Shown here: positions 48,771 through 63,374 of the stretch, in pieces | Layout of the letters: each line of letters starts with the position of its first letter | How positions within the stretch are numbered: the stretch's first letter is position 1 | Source: Mobula hypostoma | Lineage: Eukaryota | Direction of reading: 5' to 3' | DNA: 64,000 bases | NCBI RefSeq assembly: GCF_963921235.1 | Contig: NC_086114.1 | Location: 43,772,001 to 43,836,000, forward strand | Made by a program: the position numbers and the translations under genes | The notes under the pieces: generated by a model | Seen by the model: only the letters and a program-made list of their open reading frames with translations | Database searches by the model: none | Told to the model about the DNA's origin: nothing

Positions 48771-51334
48771 AAGGTCCCTCAACAGTGAGTAGCCTGATGG
48801 TCAACACATGGTGTAATGAGCTAAAGGAGCAATCGAAGCAGGCAGTCTGAGATGTCCCAGATCAGTTAAGTTCCCTGTGCTGGCAGATAGTGGGAAAGAA
48901 ATTTGTTGGTTCAAATTCCAAATGAGTAAAAGCGGATGCAGTTGCTGAATTATTTAATTGAATTTACTGCTGCTTAATTTTTCCTGCTCCCTTTTTCTGA
49001 CGAGTGAAAGAGGATGAATCCTTTTGTTTCTAATTGTTTCCTCTTGAGGTTTGGAGGTTTGATCAGAGATAATTAATGATAATGAGGATCCTGGAATAAT
49101 TAAAGCAGAAGTAGTCCGGACTTCAGCAATTTATAAAACATCACAGAAGAAGTTGAAAAGTAACCACGCAAAATTCAAGCAGGCTTTTTTAAAAAATGTC
49201 ACTCCAATGCTTGTTAGTATCGTCCAGACTTTGCTGAAGAATAAACTCAATTCCATTAAGTTGCTTAGACCAAATGTTATTCTACTAAACTTACACTGAG
49301 ACACAGTTGATTCCATCTTGTCTACTGAAACTAACTGCTTTAATTTCATTGACCTCTGTGTGCTGTTTTGCATGTTTTCATTACAACTAACCTTGGTTAG
49401 TCCAGCAAACTTTTGCAATCAAGTGTTCATCTGTATATATGAATTCTGGCTTTTGCACCTGTTGCCTCCCGTAATGCTGCTGCTCTTGCCCTGCCATGCA
49501 GATCATCTTTACATATAACTATTGAGGCTAAGCTGACAATAAATTGCTACCAATTGTCACTTAAATCTAACTAATGAGGTTTGTGTTCAACAGCGGTGCT
49601 GTACAGCATTATGTGGAAATGTAGGCAGAACAAAATAAACCCCACATATGGAAACAAATGAAGGTGAATGAAGTTGCTAAATGAACTTTAACTCTGATAA
49701 ATGTTGCATTTTGATGAGCAAGTTATTGTAGAGGATCAAAGATCAAGTCCTAATGTAGAGTTATAACCAAAAAAGTTGACTCCATTTCCCTACACAAGTT
49801 TTACCTGACCATCTGAATTCCTCCAGTCAGTTGTTTGTTGCTTTTGGACTAATATTCTGGTTACTAAATGTTGTACCACAGGTTAGCAAAACTATAACAA
49901 AGAAGAAACAAACCAAGTCTTGGACTTTTATTTCAAGAGGGAGGGAATCAGCAAATATGGAAGGTATGTTAAATTTTCACCAGACCTTGGTTAGATTGTA
50001 CCTACACATGCACTCCTCCCACTGCACCTCCCCCCACAGCCACTCCTCTCCATTTGATATCGGCTGTGTTCCTACACCCGGTCTCCCCAATGTAGGATCA
50101 AATGGTGAGTTCTCAGCGTAATTGTGAATCTCAGCAAGTTCCTGTAAAGTAGATGGACTCCATCTGGAATCTAACATTGGGATGCAGTCAGAAAATTGCT
50201 AGTGGAACTTGGGCAGCTCGTTTTGGTGTTGCATGTTGGCACTGAAATCACGCCCTCTGGATGGAGTGGGTAGGTGGAGTTGGATGCTTGTCTGTGCCTC
50301 AAATTAAGTTCTGTCATGAGACAGGCTATTGAAAGATACTCTCCTGTAGATGAATGATATTGCAATCAGGATTATAGAATTGTTGGGAGGAGACGAACAC
50401 CAAGCTGATGCAAGCTCCAAGTTAAATAATTCCTTCAGTTTCCTTCCCTGGCTCTTCCCCCTTTAGCCCTGTTTTCTCTCATGCCTATAAAGTTCCCTTT
50501 TGAAATTGCTGACTCATTTTGCTTTCAGCATCTTGTAGGTAAAGGATTTTAGGCCACTGCCATATTTAAAAGTAAATGCCTTTACTCTCCAAGTCACCCT
50601 TGCCCTAGCTTTGACTTACATAAACAAAAAAAAAAAAAAAATCCCTGGTTTTTAAACTATTGTTAGCGGGAACTTCTCCCTGCTACTTCTCATCATTTTT
50701 TGTGGATTTTTTATCAAGCACCTTGACTAACTTTCCATTCTTTCTCAAGGAGAATAACCCCAGTTCTCCAGTCTAATCTCAGAGGTGAGATCCTCATCCA
50801 CAAGTCTACATCAGGGCTGCTTGGTGGTGCTGCTGCATCACACTATCAATAATGCTAGGTTCAACAACACATCCTTTATTGTAAATAAACAGTTATAAAA
50901 TAAACAATAGTCACTTAAAGCCTTCAAAGACCTCACATTCATGGACTTATGTTCTCAATAGTTATTGTTTATTTAATTATCATTATTATTTCTTTTTGTA
51001 TTTGCACACTGGTTGTGTGCCCAGATGCTGAGGTTTTTCATTGATTCTATTATGGTTATTGGATTTATTGAGTATACCCGCAAGAAAATGAATCTCAGGG
51101 TTATATATGGAGAAAAATACATACTTTGATAATAAATTTACTTTTTGAAGTTTGAACTTTGAAAAGCTATCCAAATTCACATTTCTGAAAGGCACACTCA
51201 CATACATTTATGTGACAGGAACTATTTTAGTAAATCTCTTCTGCACCTTCTCTAGGATTTTTATGCCTGTCCTTGAACATTGTATCCATAATTGGCTGCG
51301 AAATGTAAGTTGTGACGTACCCATCACTTGATAA

Positions 51335-51690
51335 AGATTCAGAGTCAGGTTTATTATCATTGACATAGATCATGAAATTTGTTGTATTGTGGCAGCAATA
51401 CAGTGCAAGAAATAAAAATATTTTCTTTGCCACAATAAATATGAATAGTTAAAACCAGGGATATTATCTTGGCATTCATGAACCAATCAGAAAGCTGATG
51501 GCAGAGGGGACAATCCATAATGCTGGATGCTGCCTTCTGGAGGCACTGCCTTTTGAAGAAGTTCTTGATGGTGGGGAGACTTGTGCCTGTCATAGAGATA
51601 ACACCTCCTGAAGCCTCTTTAGACCTGTTCATTACAGCCTTCACAGCAGGTGGCGATGCAACCAGTTCAGCATAATTATTCAACATCTGT
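51335..51690 (-). mobile_element. Rex1/Babar 3' fragment
   Basis: TGTSLPTIKNFFKRQCLQKAASSI and an antisense (gattca) tail with tttatt. Confidence 0.7.
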
Positions 51691-52192
51691 GCACTGCTTC
51701 TTTCTATGAAGTCCTGAACACCATGTGTTTTAATTGGACAGGATTGGCCACGTCATGGGAGTTCGGATACATGATATGGCATACCCAAGACTTAAAGAAG
51801 TTCAACATGTCATAACACATGTTCCTCACTGAACCATTGATGTCAGCCAGTGTGATTCAGCCTATTGATTGTAAGGAGGAAGTGGTCAGTTTGGTATAAG
51901 CATACCCCAAGGCCAAAGACAAAATAAACAGCTTTGCCGTATAACTTCAGTGTTCAATGACATCTACCAAGAACAGTATAGTCCCATTGCATGTGGCTTC
52001 CAACTCATGTTTTCTGCATTCCCTTTTCCTGTTTGTCCTTGTGAGGAAAAGCAAATGGTTAAACTGTTTACAGTATTGTTGAGTCTTCTCAATGCCCCCC
52101 TTTTGCAATAAATTCTGTCTTGCTCCTCTCTCAAGTTTACTCCATCAAACTGCACAGAAATGGATACTTCAACTATCAAGTACTTCCTACAC

Positions 52193-52273
52193 CAGTGCTT
52201 CCCCAAGCTTTTTCATGCCATGGACCAATATTATTAGGCAAGTGGTCCATGGACCTCAGGTTGAGTAACCCTG
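52193..52273. mobile_element. 81-bp hAT-type MITE
   Basis: CAG...CTG termini with perfect 8-bp TSD tcctacac (52185-52192 and 52274-52281). Confidence 0.85.
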
Positions 52274-54689
52274 TCCTACACTAATTCCACTTGCAAACAC
52301 TTAGTCCTGTAGCCTTCTATACCTTGGTGATTCAAGTGCTCATCTGGGTAACTTAAATTTTGTAAGAGTTCCTTTCTCCACCACCAAGTCAGGATCACGC
52401 CCATGCATTTAGGGTTTGCGCGTGTGTATGTCTGTTTCAATTCCCTCTAAGCTTCTTGCCCAAGTATGTGCTTCTAGTCTTAGTCTTGTCTTTGCTCCAC
52501 TTTTTCATTTTCTTCATATTTTCACTCCCTCTTGGCTTTTCTTTTTTTTGTGTGTGTACCGGAGGATAATACTGCCTCTAGGTAATGAACTTGCTGCTTT
52601 TGGGAGGAAGTAAAAGATGTGAAAGATTTTTCAGAGTACTCAAATATAGCAGCAAGATTACAACATATTGTTGTATGGGATGAGATAAAATGACAAGCTA
52701 TCCAGTGATAGCCAGCTAGACAAGACTATTTAATTTCCTCTGCATTCTCCCGGTACAATGTCCTGTCTGATTTAAAAATTACAGCAAATTCCAGTATCCC
52801 AGAACTGAATGTTAACTCATCAAATCTGTGTTGATGCATCTTCTGCCAATCTGTATGTTAAATGAGCTCAAAACAGAGCATGGGTCTTCATCCTGGTAAT
52901 ATACTACTTTGCTTAAAAAAATCCACTTCAAATTTGTGAATTGTCAGAAATATGCATCAAACACTGTCAATTTCTACACTGAGTCTGTTTTTAATTGGTA
53001 GTTAATTGGAACCTCAAAGAGATCTTGCTGGCCAAGAGTATTGATTAGTGTAACTAGGTGTAAAAGCCATTAGACTTGTGATAGAATGCAAGCCTATGGA
53101 AACCTCTAATGCATGCTTTCAGTTAAGCTAATTAACATGAAACTGTCTGATAATTGGAAACTCTGAAAGTTGCCCTTTTCATGTGTATCTGTCTTCACAC
53201 CAGACCTAGGTTCAAACTAATCAAAAGCCTAGAATTAAAAAGCTTGACATTTGGCCATATTAGCGTGCTCTTTTCTCCTTCATCCCATATGCACATGGCT
53301 TTGCTGAATACCTATTTCTCCAGCTGAGTAGGAAATTAATCAGTGGTTGGGTGCTCCACTATCCAAGTATCCTTCACTCAGTGTCACCTGTGGCTCTGTT
53401 GTTAGTATTGATACTTCTCATCCAGACGTTTGTGGGTTCAGGCCCCACAATGGTGACCACCTTCCACTTCCAACTTATCACTGAGGGAGTGCTGCAAAGC
53501 CAGAGTTCATCTGCTCCCACTTTTCAGTAAATTTTACTCTACTACCATAATTTTGGTGAATTGGGTATCTTCATTTTCTTCAACTCTCACTCCTCTAATC
53601 CTACTAATGAGTGTGGAATTTGTGCGTCCTCTGTGTGCCTCCCTGTATGTTCCAGTTACCTTCCACATAAAGATTTTAACAGGTTATCGGGCGAGTTACA
53701 GTTTCTTTATGTACGTAGTCGATGGAAGGAGCAGGAAAGGGTTAGTAGGTGTGGTGAGTGAGAAAATGGATTGTCAGGGAATGGAATTGTACCCGAGCAA
53801 GCATAGGCATGATGGGCTGAAAGGCTGCCTATTTCACGGGGAAGTATGAAGTACTGGCGTACTTATTGCATTGGCTGGCTTGCTGCAAAATTGAAAGACA
53901 CCAAATGAGTCTCTAAATTGTGACAATGCTTTAGGGAATTGATCCTGGTTTTTTTTCCCCCTCTTTCAATATTTGATCTGTACCCACCACAAATGTACAC
54001 CACACCCCGGATGGGTATCAGACAGGTTATTCAGCCTGCTGACTCAGGAAAGCAACCTAACACTTTTTAAAAAGAATATTTCAAGCAATCTCTCTCTGAC
54101 TCTCTGTGGGAAACCTCGAAAGAGGGTTGGTGAAGCATGGTAGTATCATAGGTATGTGTTGGGGGAGGAGGAGGAGGAAAATAGGGTGGAGAGAAGGTAA
54201 TGATGTCTATGGATCTACAAAGGAGACTTCCATGACTATGGAATGCTGTAATAGCATTCAGTTGCAGCATTCGTTTTAGAAATTGAGGGTTATTTGTACT
54301 GTAGTTAGGTGCTTACGGATCTCTTGGTTGTCATGGAGAGTATCTGGAACCCCAGTGATTTTCCTTTTTTGTTTACTTAAGTGCTTTTTTTTGCACTGCA
54401 ACTCTGTTCCTTGGCAACACTTTAAGCCTGATCTTGTTTTACTGTGAGTTATTTCTGAAGACAGAATATTGTGACCCATTGATCCAATTTCTGTTGTCAA
54501 GTGACTAAGATGATACTTGCACACTGATAACAACGTGTGCAAAATGTGGCAGAGGAATAACACATTCACTAACATGAATTGACGAAAGTACTTCTAATTT
54601 TCTAGTAGATTAATGTTCAACACGATGTGTGCACAAAGTTCTCAAACAAATCCAAAACATTTTGTGCTATTTATTCATTAGAATTGTTA

Positions 54690-55300
54690 ATCAGTTTATT
54701 ATTTTCACAGGTGCAGAGGTGCAGTGAGAAAGATTCATTTTCTATGCCATCCATACAGATCGTTTCAATATTATAGTAGACTGAAGAAGTTCAAGGGAAA
54801 AAATAACAATGCAGAGCAGAATATACTGTTACAGTTACAGAGGAAGTGCAGTGCAGGCAGCCAATAAGTTGCAAGGTCATAACAAGGTGGTTGATTTGAG
54901 TCAGGAGTCCATCTTGTCATACCAGGGAACCATTCAGTAATCTTGTAACAATGGGATAGAAGTTTTCAGGCTCTTGTATCTTCTGTACAATGAGAGGGTG
55001 AGAAGAGAGAATGTTTGGCATGAGATAGGCCTTTGATTATGTTAGCCTCTTTACTGAGGCAGCAAGAAGTGTAGATAGTCGATGAAGGGGATATAGGTTT
55101 CCATGATGTGCTGAGCAGTGTGCACAAATCTCTGCAGTTTCTAGTGGTCTCAAGTAGAGCAATTGACATACCAAGCCATGATGCATCCAGATAAGAAGCT
55201 TTCTATGGTGCAATCATAAAAATTTGATGGTCAATGGGAGCATGCAAAATGCCTTTTGCTTCCTGAGGAAGTAAAGGTGCTGTGCACTTACTTGGGCATG
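54690..55300 (-). mobile_element. Rex1/Babar 3' fragment
   Basis: IYTSCCLSKEANIIKGLSHAKHSLFS motif. Confidence 0.75.
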
Positions 55301-56529
55301 GCAGACACAAGTAAGACTAGTTTCCAGGGAAATATGTTTCTAAACCATATTTGATTAAAAGATTCAACCTGGGTGCCAGGGTTAATTTTGAAATATTACT
55401 TTAGCATCTTTTCCTTCCAAATGAGTGCCTCAATTTAGCATTTCATTCAGAAGTGCTGCTCTGACTCAAAGATACAGCTCAGATTATTATGTTTAAATCT
55501 CCAGAGTGGGATAAAACTAGTTTTAATGCCTTCCATATCTAGGGCCTTAGATTAACATCTTGTGTAAATGATGGCCCCTGTGGCACTACCTCAGAGCAGG
55601 ACTGAAATCTGAATGTGTTGGGATCTATTAGCCTTCCAATTTGATCACTGCAAAGTGTTACCAGGTTGACCATTTTGGCACTTGGTTGGTCTGTGAGGTG
55701 TTACACTCCACTGGCAGGGAACCAACATAATTTCTTAAATTTATTACTTCTCTGAGAGGATAAAGGTGTTTAATTTCAGGTGTTTTGTTTCAACTATTCA
55801 TTAGTCTCTGACAGAGAACCAATTCAAGCAGTCATTTTTTCAGAAAAATGTAATATTTCTCTGGTGCTAATATAATTTGTGGATGTTGGAAAGACAGCAG
55901 TAAGGCAGTAATTCAATAGAGCAGTTCTGATGAGCTATAACAGTTGAAGGCCAACATTGGAGTTACCCAGTGGAGTTCAATATGGATCTACATCCACACA
56001 GTCCAGAGGACTAATTACTCATTTGCATGTGCTGCTAATTATTTGTTATTATCCATAATTCCCTGAAAGATTTTTGCATGTGGGAAAATCTATGCTTCAG
56101 TTCAGAGAATTGTTACAGTACTTATGGAGGCCATTCTGCCCACTAAGTCTACACTGGCTTCTGATAGAGCATTCAGCTTGATCTGTTCCCTTTTGTTTTC
56201 CCAAAGTAATCCTGTACATTGCTCCCTCCCAAGTGCCTGTCCTGTTGAAATCCCTTTTGGTTCTGCTTCCATCCCTGACAGATAATAAGTTCCAGATTCT
56301 GTGTTCTGTGGAAAGAAACATCACATATTCCCTTTTGTATTTTTTGCCTAAACATTTAAATTTCTGCCCATGGTGTTTGAACCAATTCAATGTTTTTGGC
56401 ATAGGTATAAATGTCAAGCATATAAGACATTTTATAGCAGTATGAGCATAGAATGTTACAGTCCCATCCATTAACAGGAGCCACTTTCCAGTTACCTGAT
56501 CTAAAGTCATGATCTTTACTAAACATCTC

Positions 56530-57005
56530 TATAAGATAATGGAGCAGAATTAAGCCATTCGGCCTATTGAATATGCTTCATCATGGCTGATTTATTATTC
56601 TCTCTCAACCCCATTCTCCTGCTTTCTCCCTGTACTAAACAAGAACGTTTCAACATCCGTTTCAATTCCCCCTCAATGGCTTGGCCTCTACAGCTGTCTG
56701 TGGGCAATCAATTCCATAGATTCACCACCCTTTGGCTAATAAAATGTCTCCTCATCTCCATTCTAGGGAATGACACTTTATTCTGAGACTGTGTCCCAGT
56801 CCTAAACTTTCCCACTACTGGAAACATCTTCTCCGTGCCCTTCCGAACTCCAGAGAGTACAAGCCCAGTGATATCAAATGCTTCTTGTATGTTAACACCT
56901 TTCATCCTTGGGATTCTCATAAACCTCCTCCTGACCCTCCCCAATGTCAGCACATCCTTCCTTAGATATGGGGCCCAGAACAGCTCACAATACCCCAAAT
57001 GTGAT
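56530..57005 (-). mobile_element. CR1 3' fragment
   Basis: YCELFWAPYLRKDVLTLGRVRRRFMR...MRRHFISQRVVNLWN. Confidence 0.85.
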
Positions 57006-57467
57006 TCCTTACCCTACCCCAGCCCCAATTCCACCCTCTCATTTGCTCCATGGAAAATCACCCCAGCTTCTCCAGTCTAAAGGAGGGCATGGTCTGTTCA
57101 GACAGTTCCTTGTAATGGAATCTTGCCATATCTTGGCCAGGAGCTGTGCTACATGCCACACTGTTGCCTGAATGCTACGATAACCGGAGTTGAACTCTCA
57201 GATATGAGAGAGGAAACGAGTTGACTGCATTATTGGGAATCAACAGTCCTGTACACACCAGACTCTTGAGGCTTCCTCCCCAGAACAGCATTAGTAACCC
57301 AACCGATGGTTTTCTAACAAACCAGCATTCATATGGTCACTTTTGCTGATTTGTTTATTATATTTATTGTTTATTATGATACATGAATTTAAAGAGCCAT
57401 GTAAGGATTTGAATTTGCTTTCTTAGGATTAATTGTCCAGGCAGGTGAATTACCAATCCACTAAAGT

Positions 57468-57778
57468 CATCATTATCACCGTGTGCCCTGTTGTATGACA
57501 TTGGCAATCATTGTCTGTCCATGACCATGGCAAATTTTTCTGCAGAAGTGTTTTGCCATTGCCTTCTGGGCAGTGTCTCCAGAGATTGTCTGCCTGGTGG
57601 CAGTGGTTGCATTACCAGGGCTGGTGACCATCCACCACCTCCTGCCATGGTGTCACGTGAGCCTGATCGCGGGAGGGGGCTAAGCAGGTGTACACTTGTC
57701 CCAAGAGTAACCTGTATGCTAGAGGTGGGGAGGAGTGCCTTACACCTCCTTTGGTAGAGTTGTATCTCCATACCACCA
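57468..57778 (-). mobile_element. RTE-related short element
   Basis: Antisense (GAT)n-like tail tcatcattatc and RQWQNTSAEKFA motif. Family call by recognition only. Confidence 0.55.
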
Positions 57779-59428
57779 CTAATGTCATCTCCATGATACC
57801 ATGCCAGGTTGTCCGCTACATGGGTAGTCTCCAGTATGAAATCCAAATCATACTTCCTGTTACAAATGAATTGTGGGTTTCTGGTCAAGCATGGTAGCTG
57901 ACCCAGATGTTTACTGTCTTTGAATATTTTGTGAAAATAAACTTTATTCATGAAATATGTACAGGAAATGCAATACAATTTGTGCATGTATATCTTTACA
58001 TTTTGCTATTAAATTGATATATTTTTCATGCTACTAAACTTGTATATAGGGAAATACATCACAGATGCAGATCCTTCAGCTCAGCTGGTCCAAGCTGACT
58101 CTGTGCCCACTCAGCTAGTCCAAATTTCTTATGCTTAACCTGTGTACATTGTTTTTCGAAGCACCTACGTCATTCCTATTTTCTCTCTGAAGCTGTACAC
58201 CTTTGAAGTAGCTGAGACTGTGCTACACAAGACCTGCCCCTCAACTTCCAGTGGCAACAGAAACCTAAACTGTAGTCCTTCCCCACAAAGCCTTCTCAAT
58301 GGCTGCACTGAAATTCAATGCCACCTAGAACTATGCAAAGAGTGATTCAGTGACGATCACTGCCAAATGTAGGAGCGTGCATGAAACTAAACCAGCTGGA
58401 GTGGAGCAAGCCAGCTTAGAGTGAAGGAGTAACTGTTGATGAGATACTGTTGTGTGTCTTGTGATCTTGACAAGACTGTGGCAGAATTTTAAGAAATTTA
58501 TGCATCAGTGTGTAAATCATTGTTTACACAAAACCTGCACTGTTAAAGATTGACAAAGTTGGTATCTATAATCCGACTTTATCTGTAATGCAAATACCGC
58601 TTGGTCCCAAGGAATTCTGACTGGAGATTTTCTGCTGGACCAGGTAGATATTATAGATTAGTTTCTATATCCCTGTTGGGACCTTGCTGATTAAATGCTT
58701 GCATCTGTTTTACATCAGCTGCTTGACTGTAAATTGTGGCATTCCTTCTACACGTTTTCGCTTCCCCACTTCTCTCTGCTGTTAGAAGCTCATTCTTTAT
58801 CATGGTATAAGGTCACCTCTCCCTGTAACTGTTATGTTGACACAAAGAAGTGGACAATTCCATTTCATTGCAGATACTGAAGAATTACAAACCAAGGTTA
58901 CTTACAAAATGAGGAGACAAGATAAAGGAATTGCAAATCACTTGTATACAATGAATAAGATTAAAATAACTTGCAGCTTTATCTATTGGTCTGACATAGG
59001 TACAAAGTATGAGTGGGAGTAAGCCATTTAGTACTCTTGGGTTTTCTGGACTATGTAAAATTGAGATTACAACCAGATCCATCACAACTTCATACTCCTA
59101 TGCCTCAAGAATCTAAATCCTCTGATTTAATTTTCCTTCCATCACCCATTTGAGGAAGGGAATTGTCTATAACCTCCAAGAAGAAATTGTTGCCTCATAT
59201 GTATGACGGATGCCTTTTTTTTAAAACATGTTCTTTCTACATGTTAACCCTTTCAACCCTTCAAGACATCTTCAAGATCTTCTATGGTTCAATTAAATCA
59301 CCTCCTGGTTTTCCAAATTCCAGTCAATACAGGCTGGCCTTGTCCAACCTTTCCTCATGAGTTGACCTAGGAATTTCTTGCCAATAGATTCCATTTACAT
59401 AAAAATTGCAGAACACTTCCTTCCAAAG

Positions 59429-59508
59429 CAGAGGTTCCCAATCTTTTCTATGCCATGAACCAATACCATTTAGCAAGGGGTTCATGGACCCCAGGTTGGG
59501 AACCCCAG
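59429..59508. mobile_element. hAT-type MITE, same family
   Basis: cagaggttcccaatc...ggttgggaaccccag with 8-bp TSD ttccaaag/ttctaaag. Confidence 0.85.
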
Positions 59509-59959
59509 TTCTAAAGCAACACACTGGTCCTACAGGCTTCTTTCATACCTATTCTACTGGATCAGGATAGATTATTGTTTAGAGAGTTGTGAAAAGGTTT
59601 ATTATTAATTGATGACCATTCAAGGTGGTTAGACACAAGGAATTATAGGACCATTCCACAGTACAAAAACACAGAAAGGAATTAAAACCAATCTTTGCCT
59701 CATAAGTTCTTCATGAATACTCTTTCAAGAAATAGTGTTTAGTGCAGATAATGTTGAAGAATTATACATTAAAGCATCATTTCATTTCTTGTTGACCCTC
59801 AGCCTCAAATGGAGAAGTGGGAAAAACAATACATCATAAGTCAGAGGAGCAGGATAAAGCCATTCAGCTCATTAAGTCTGCTGTTCAAACCTATCAATCT
59901 TTCTCTGCATTTCAGGTGTAATATTATCAGGGTCATTATTTCATATTTGAGGCTCCAAT

Positions 59960-60450
59960 TACACTCAGTGGCCACTTTATTAGGTACACCTGTATGCCTG
60001 CTTGCTAAAGCAAAATCTAAGCAGTCAATTGATGCATAAAAGCATGCAGGCATGGTCAAGAGGTTCAGTTGTTGTTCAGACCAAAGGACAGCATGAAGAA
60101 GAAATGTGATCTAAGTGACTTTGACTGTGGAATGGCTTTTGGGTCCAGATGGGATGCTTTGAGTATCTCAGAAACTGATGATTTCCTGTGATTTTCATAC
60201 ACAATGATCTCTAGAATTTACAGATAATGGTGTGAAAAGCAAAAAAAAAAATCCAATGAGTAGCATTTAAATGCCTTGTTAATGAGAGAGGTCACAGGAG
60301 AATGGCCAGACTGATTCAAGCTTACAGTAACTCAGATAACCACAGTGGTATGCAAAAGGACATCTCTGAACACACAAGATGCTGAAATTGAAGTGGATGG
60401 GCTACAGCAGCAGAAGACCACAAGCATACACTCAGTAGCCACTTTATTAA
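59960..60450 (+). mobile_element. Tc1 derivative, same family
   Basis: Left TIR ta-cactcagtggccactttattaggtacacc and the same internal sequence. Confidence 0.85.
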
Positions 60451-63374
60451 ACAAATGGTAGCCTTTGTGATCCATAAGCTGTCACTGCAATTAAGATAGG
60501 GAAATTAATATTTGCAAGTTGCCTTCCAAGAAGCAATGGAAAGATCAGATTGAGGTTACGGTGATAATTAGGGCCATGGTTTTTCACTGATTGAAGTAGT
60601 CATATTTCTTTCTCATTACAAGGATTTCTGGGATCTACATCTGGTGCTTTAAGAATTACATTGTTCAATTCTGTCCAATTTTTTTTCCAAGCATAGACAC
60701 CGCGAGCTAGGGATCTGAGCCGTAATGAACTGTGCATATTAATTTGGTTGCCTTGCGTTGTCAGGCGTAGTGTTTCCATCAGGTCCTCATTTCAATACAC
60801 GGAATTATCATTAAGTTACAACGCGCAATGCATATTAATTTGCCCTCTTTACAACTGTCTTCAAAAAACAGTTCTTGCAACGTTGGCATTATAATTAACC
60901 TTGACCTGTATTTCCCCACCCACCCCCCACTTGCTCATATTTCACTTGATTATATAAATGGTTTATTCATTTTTTCATTTATGAATAATTTATGGTATCT
61001 GTATCACCAGTGGATTTTAACTTTTTTTACCAAGTAGAGTTGGCCATTTTTCCTGGAAAGTCCGCTTGTTTCCAGTTTCTTTGGATTTTCTCTTTAAAAA
61101 TACTGTATTTGCAACAAATCATTGTTGTAGAGTGAGACAGCATGAAAATAGGTTCTTTGACCCAATGAGTCCATGCTGATCATCAACTTGTTTATATTTC
61201 CTATATTAATACTATTGTTGTTCTCTACACGTTCAGATCAAGTCCCCCAGATTCTACCAGTCATCCACACAATAGCAACAGTTTTCAGTAGCCAAGTAAC
61301 CTGCCAATCTGCATGCCTTTGAGATATGGGAGGAAACCAGAGTACCTGGAAGGATGGGGAGGGGTATATTCAATGTAAATGTATCTTAAAGGCAGATTCA
61401 GGGAGTAGCTATCACCAATGGGTTTTCATTCTAGTTCTGATCTTCAGGGTTAGTCAATTGTCTTGTTTCTTTGTGATAGAGAGGTCAATTGCTGTTAACT
61501 TTCTATCAGGAAACCCAACTATTTAGCGCCCATTCAGCCGCCAAACAAAAAGGAGTGCATTGAGAGTGTCTGTTCCCAGGTAGCTTTCAATCACAGTCCC
61601 ACATGTATAGCAAAGGCTGTTGCAATTGATTAATCATTTTTTCTTACTTTTCATTCTGGAGTTTTTATATAGTTGCAATGTATGCATTCCCTTGCGATTT
61701 GTTTCTTACCCTACAATCATTAAATTTTGAATAATGTTAGTAAAGGAGATTGCTACTGGTCTTGTAATCTAGTGATTTAAAAATAATATTAGAAATATTC
61801 AGCAAGTTGATCAACATATGTGGAGAGAAGATTGAAGCTGATATTTTGTTGGCTCTTGACCATAATGTTTGAAAGAGTATATTGATAGTCATAGGATTAG
61901 ACCTAGATTCAGCATCAACTGCACACTTGGACTAATCCAGTTTTGTTCTCCCTGTATTCACATCAACTATCCCTGCCCCATTACTCATCAATGTTCTACT
62001 ATGTTGTCGAACCCGAACTTCCGCTCTTGTTTCTTTTGATGCTTCCTGACTTGCCAAGTATCTCTACTATTTTTGTTCAGATATTCAACATGTACTGTGT
62101 TGTTGTTTTGTACCCGGATTAATTACGCATATTGGCGACTTCAAGTCCCATCATGGCTGCTATGGAAATTTAATTCCATATTGACCTTGTAAACTGAATT
62201 CAGAAAGTTGTGCATTGGTAGCTGTGACTATGAAACTGACGGACTGTCATAACTTAAAATTTTAGTGAGAACAGCTTTCCTTGTATTGTTGAGGGAGTGC
62301 TGTACTGAAGTTTGAATATTTTGGGTGAATTATACAAAAAGGCTCTGTCTGCCTTCGGATGGAAAAGAAGATCTTGTATCATGTTTTCGCAGAGGAGCTG
62401 GTGAGTTCCCTGCAATGCCTTGTCCACATTCATCCCTCAATCAATTATCACAAAGGCATTTGTCTGGTCTATAACACACTGCTGCTTAATGTGAAATTTT
62501 GCCAAGTGTAAGTAACATTAGAATCATGACAATGTTCCAGAAATACCTCATTGACTGTGGGACACTTTGTGGCATCCTCTGAGACCTGAAATGATCAATG
62601 AAAAGACAGACTTGGATTTCTATGTTTTTCTATTCCTCCCTTCCCATGTGCAGCTGGTAGAGCTGCTAGCTCACACATACACTAGGCTAGGAATTGAACC
62701 TGGGTTGTTGGTACTGTAAAGCATTGTGCTAACCACTATGCTACTGTGCTGCCCTAATTTTCTTCCCCTTGTGACTACTTAATCAATAGTCTCTCAATTA
62801 CCACTTAAAAAGGGGATGAAATTGTCCTGACGTTTATAATCAATCCACTTCAATTGAAATTTCTCTGCATGCTCTTTAACTCCAACTTGTTAAAAGAAAA
62901 GTGACCATATTTGTCAACAATTATATTAACAGGAAAATAGCATGTATTGTATGGAAGTAATTTTCACACAAATTGATCTGGAACTGATAAAAGGCAATTT
63001 TGATCAACAAAAACTAAAGGACTGCCCAAAATTTAATGGAAGGTGCATTATAGAGGATTATCCACAACCATCATAATAGAACAGGGACAATTAATATTCA
63101 GGACCTTGAAACTGGGAGATTTTTTTTATTTCTATTGTTTATGAAACTATTGAAGTTCTAGGAGTGATGATAATATTTGGGTGAGCTTTCCACTTGTCCA
63201 GAAGATGTGAGTTGAATAACCAAGAACAAGAGGGTTTTGAGAGGTGGGTTAACAGTGCAGGAGTGGAGAATGTCTGTACATGATTTTGTACATGGGGAGG
63301 CTGATGCATGGGCAGCTGTCACACAGTCCTTGACAGGTCAGGGTCAGGTGGCATGGAATGCAAGATGACCCTTA

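Noticed and set aside
57508-57987. 159-aa ORF, the longest gap-free ORF in the track
   Set aside because: It reads through an RTE-related repeat and flanking AT-rich DNA, with no recognisable domain.
62680-62755. tRNA-like sequence on the minus strand
   Set aside because: It has A and B boxes but no convincing cloverleaf, and it matches the SINE head at 40329.
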